Source: Deinococcaceae bacterium (GTDB lineage: Bacteria; Deinococcota; Deinococci; Deinococcales; Trueperaceae). From it: a stretch of 18,913 bases of DNA. Under the pieces are notes generated by a model. It saw only the letters and a list, made by a program, of their open reading frames with translations, was not told the origin of the DNA and ran no database searches. The first letter of the stretch is position 1. Each line of letters starts with the position of its first letter. Of the stretch, positions 15,864-18,913 are shown piece by piece. Location of the stretch: positions 1 to 18,913 of the forward strand of contig JBDZWC010000052.1 of the NCBI GenBank assembly GCA_040256005.1, read 5' to 3'. The position numbers were made by a program, and so were the translations under genes.

Positions 15864-17060
15864 GTGACGGACGCCGCTCATGCCCAGGCGCTCGCATGGC
15901 TGTACGCCCAGACGCGGGACGGTGGCGAGCGCCACCCCAGGCGAGCACGCTGGCTGCTGCGAGAGCTGGGCCTGAGCGCGCCCCCCAACGTCGTGAAGGT
16001 CGTCGGCACCAACGGCAAGGGCACGGTCTCCGACCTCATCGCCGCCGGGCTGCGGCGGGCAGGCAACGACACCGGGCTGTTCGTCTCGCCGCACGTCGAG
16101 CGCTTCGAGGAGCGGATCGCGGCGAACGGTGTGCCGGTGAGCCCCGCGGCGGTCAACGCGTTCGTCGCTACAGCCAGGGACCAGTTGCGCCGCCGGTCGC
16201 CCTCCCCCGACGAGCGCCCGGCCTTCTTCGAGCTCACGCTGGCCTTGGCGTTGTCGGAGTTCGCGCGCCTCGGCGCCGGTTGGGCGGTGCTCGAGGCCGG
16301 CATCGGCGGCGCCACGGACGCCACGGCCGCCGTCGATGCGGGCGTACGCCTGGTCGTGCTGACGAACGTGGACCTCGATCACGTCAACACCATCGGCCCC
16401 ACCCTGGAGGACATCGCGCTCGAGAAGGCGGGCGCCTTCGCGCCGGGCGTGCCGGCCGTGACGGCAGCGACCGGGACCGGGCTGGAGGTCGCACGGCAGG
16501 TCGCGCGGGAGCGCGGCGTGGGGCTGGTAGAGGTCGCTCCACTGGCTCCAGGCGAGACCCCGCGGGCCGCCAACGAGAGGCTCGCCGCCGCTGCGCTGAG
16601 GATGCTATCGGTGCCTCAGGCGGCCATCGACGAGGCGCTCACCAGGCCGCCGTTGCCCGGTCGGGGCGAGCGGTTCGCCCTGCCGAACGCCAGCGTCCTG
16701 TTGGACGGCGCCCACGACCCTGCCGCCGCCAGGCAACTCCGCTCGCAGCTCGAAGCCGGGTACGTGCTGCTGTTCGGCGCCTTGGGCCGTAAGCAGGGCG
16801 CCGCCACGCTGGCCGCGCTCGAGCCCGGCGCCGCTCACGTGGTGATCACTGAGGCCGCGCCCGGCGAAGGCACCGCTCACCTGGCCGGGCCCGGCCGCGA
16901 CGTGGTGCCCGACCCGGAGCAGGCTCTGCGTCGGGCGCTGGCGCTGGCGCCCCCGGACGGGCGGGTCGTGGTAACCGGCTCCCTCTACCTCGCCGGCCGC
17001 TTGAGGCCCCTGATAGACTCCCTGGCGCATGCGGCCGAGACGATCGCCAACAGAGACTGA
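15864..17060 (+). CDS. folC: Folylpolyglutamate synthase/dihydrofolate synthase
   Basis: GTNGKGT, SPHV, FFE, EAGIGG..DAT, DLDH...IG.TL..IA.EKAG, PGR, LDGAH and TGSLYLAG motifs. Confidence 0.93.
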   Translation: MTDAAHAQALAWLYAQTRDGGERHPRRARWLLRELGLSAPPNVVKVVGTNGKGTVSDLIAAGLRRAGNDTGLFVSPHVERFEERIAANGVPVSPAAVNAFVATARDQLRRRSPSPDERPAFFELTLALALSEFARLGAGWAVLEAGIGGATDATAAVDAGVRLVVLTNVDLDHVNTIGPTLEDIALEKAGAFAPGVPAVTAATGTGLEVARQVARERGVGLVEVAPLAPGETPRAANERLAAAALRMLSVPQAAIDEALTRPPLPGRGERFALPNASVLLDGAHDPAAARQLRSQLEAGYVLLFGALGRKQGAATLAALEPGAAHVVITEAAPGEGTAHLAGPGRDVVPDPEQALRRALALAPPDGRVVVTGSLYLAGRLRPLIDSLAHAAETIANRD

Positions 17061-18474
17061 GACCCGGCGCGAGAGCGGCAGGGTCGGGTTCGTCAGCCTC
17101 GGCTGCCCCAAGGCCCTCGTCGACAGCGAGCGCATCCTCAGCCACCTGAGGGCAGACGGCTACGAGCTCGTGCCCACCTACCAGGACGCGGAGCTGGTCG
17201 TCGTCAACACCTGCGGGTTCATAACTCCCGCGGTGGAGGAGTCGCTGGCCGCCATAGGCGAGGCGCTCGAGGAGACCGGCAAGGTGGTCGTAACCGGTTG
17301 CCTGGGCGAGCGCCCCGAGACGGTCATGGAGCGGCACCCGCAGGTCCTCGCCGTCACGGGGCAGGCGGACGTGGACGGCGTGATGAGGGCGGTACGCAGC
17401 GCCCTGCCGCTGCGGCGCGACCCTTTCACCAGCCTGCTGCCCATGGCCAGTGCCAGGGGCGTGAGTGGCGAAGGCGCCCTGGGGCCGCCCCTCGACCGCA
17501 TCACGCTCACGCCGCGCCACTACGCCTACCTGAAGGTGGCCGAAGGCTGCGACCACCGTTGCAGCTTCTGCATCATCCCGAAGCTGCGCGGGAACCTCGC
17601 CTCACGGCCGGCCGTCGACGTCGTCTACGAGGCCAGGCGGCTGGTGGCGGCGGGCGCCAAGGAGCTCATGCTCATCGCGCAGGACCTCTCTGCCTACGGC
17701 AACGACCTGAGGCATGTCACGTCCACGTTGGACGGCCGGCAGGTGCGCGCGCACCTCGTCGACCTGGTGGGCGAGCTCAGCGAGCTGGGCGTGTGGCTCA
17801 GGCTCCACTACGTCTACCCCTACCCGCACGTCACGCGGCTGGTCGAGCTGATGGCCGAGGGCAAGGTCCTCCCCTACCTGGACGTCCCGCTGCAGCACGC
17901 CTCCACGCGCGTCCTGAGGGCGATGAGGCGCCCGGGTGGCGCGGTCAGCCACCTGGAGACGATCCGCACCTGGCGGAGCATCAGGCCCGACATCACGCTG
18001 CGCTCCACGTTCATCGTCGGCTTCCCGGGCGAGACCGAAGAGGACTTCGAACAGCTCCTGGGCTTCCTGGCAGAGGCGCGCCTTGACCGCGTGGGGGCGT
18101 TCACCTACTCCGACGTGCCGGAAGCGGACGCGAACGACCTACCGGGCGCCGTGCCCGAGGAGGTCAAGGCCGAGCGCTACGCCCGGCTCATGGAGCTGCA
18201 GGCACGGATCAGCGCCGCCAAGCTGGCTGCCAAGGTGGGGCACGAGGTCGAGGCCATCGTCGACGCCTACGGCGAGTTGCCGGGCGAGCTGGTCTGCCGC
18301 ACCGCCGCTGACGCGCCGGACATCGACGGCGTGCTCGTCGCGGCCGGGGACGGCACCGTCAAGATCGGCGACATCGTGCGGGTGAGGGTCACCGGTGCGA
18401 GCGAGCACGACCTGCGCGGCGACGTGGTGGGCCGCGTCGAGCTGACGCCTGGCGTTCCGGTGCTGGCTGGCTAG
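17029..18474 (+). CDS. rimO: Ribosomal protein S12 methylthiotransferase RimO
   Basis: SLGCPKALVDSE, NTCGFI, radical SAM CDHRCSFC, RLHYVYP, FIVGFPGETEEDF and C-terminal TRAM domain (DAPDIDG). Confidence 0.96.
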   Translation: MRPRRSPTETETRRESGRVGFVSLGCPKALVDSERILSHLRADGYELVPTYQDAELVVVNTCGFITPAVEESLAAIGEALEETGKVVVTGCLGERPETVMERHPQVLAVTGQADVDGVMRAVRSALPLRRDPFTSLLPMASARGVSGEGALGPPLDRITLTPRHYAYLKVAEGCDHRCSFCIIPKLRGNLASRPAVDVVYEARRLVAAGAKELMLIAQDLSAYGNDLRHVTSTLDGRQVRAHLVDLVGELSELGVWLRLHYVYPYPHVTRLVELMAEGKVLPYLDVPLQHASTRVLRAMRRPGGAVSHLETIRTWRSIRPDITLRSTFIVGFPGETEEDFEQLLGFLAEARLDRVGAFTYSDVPEADANDLPGAVPEEVKAERYARLMELQARISAAKLAAKVGHEVEAIVDAYGELPGELVCRTAADAPDIDGVLVAAGDGTVKIGDIVRVRVTGASEHDLRGDVVGRVELTPGVPVLAG

Positions 18475-18478
18475 TCCC

Positions 18479-18913
18479 TCAGCCCATGGGGCCGCGGGGC
18501 TGCTGGAGCATCTTCTCGAACGACCGTTCCTCTTCCATGCCCAGGCCGCCCTGCTGCTGCGTGACCATGAGCCGGAACTCGTGCGGGCTGGTGGCCATGA
18601 ACGTGGCGTCCTCGAGCGTGATCCGGCCGCCCAGGTAGAGCTCCACCAGGTGCTGGTCGAACGTCTGCATGCCGCGGAGGTTGTCCTGCATCAGGGCCTC
18701 CTTGATCTGCGGCGTCTTCTCCTCGTCCTTGATGTAATCGCGGATGAGCGGGGTGTTCACGAGCACCTCGACCGAGAGCACACGGCCGGGGCCGTCGGCG
18801 CGCGGGAGCAGCCGCTGGCTGAGGATCCCGAGCAACGAGTCGGCCAGCAGGATGCGGATCTGGTCGCGCTCGTGCGGCGGGAAGAAGTCGATGATGCGGT
18901 TGACCGTGCGGAT
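18479..18913 (-). CDS. PilT/PilU family type IV pilus ATPase, 3' part (partial, runs off the right edge)
   Basis: Reads IRTVNRIIDFFPPHERDQIRILLADSLLGILSQRLLPRADG...EVLVNTP...GMQTFDQHL, a typical PilT/PilU C-terminal region. Confidence 0.9.
   Translation of the reverse strand: MRTVNRIIDFFPPHERDQIRILLADSLLGILSQRLLPRADGPGRVLSVEVLVNTPLIRDYIKDEEKTPQIKEALMQDNLRGMQTFDQHLVELYLGGRITLEDATFMATSPHEFRLMVTQQQGGLGMEEERSFEKMLQQPRGPMG

Overview
Very GC-rich, gene-dense bacterial chromosome segment. Gene content and a recurring TANNNT box 5-9 nt before start codons suggest Deinococcota, possibly Trueperaceae (inference). It holds about 20 CDS: arginase 3' end, patatin, GT2 glycosyltransferase, ECF S-component-like membrane protein, phoU, amidase_3, a YtkA/FixH-like lipoprotein coupled to a membrane polyferredoxin, M15 DD-carboxypeptidase, a second YtkA-like anchored protein with a predicted N-terminal His, DUF554, gatC, HlyC/CorC, ClC-CBS-RCK_C, serS, GAF-HD-GYP, an Arg-tailed hypothetical protein, folC, rimO and a PilT/PilU 3' end. 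A 23-bp tandem repeat starts at the arginase stop. No mobile element, CRISPR array or RNA gene was seen. The best candidate for an undescribed system is 4632-8842, a possible envelope copper/redox module interleaved with peptidoglycan hydrolases. Also notable are pervasive leaderless promoters, a Bacteroidota-like SerRS and a degenerate HD-GYP protein. All family assignments come from motif recognition by eye; no searches were run.
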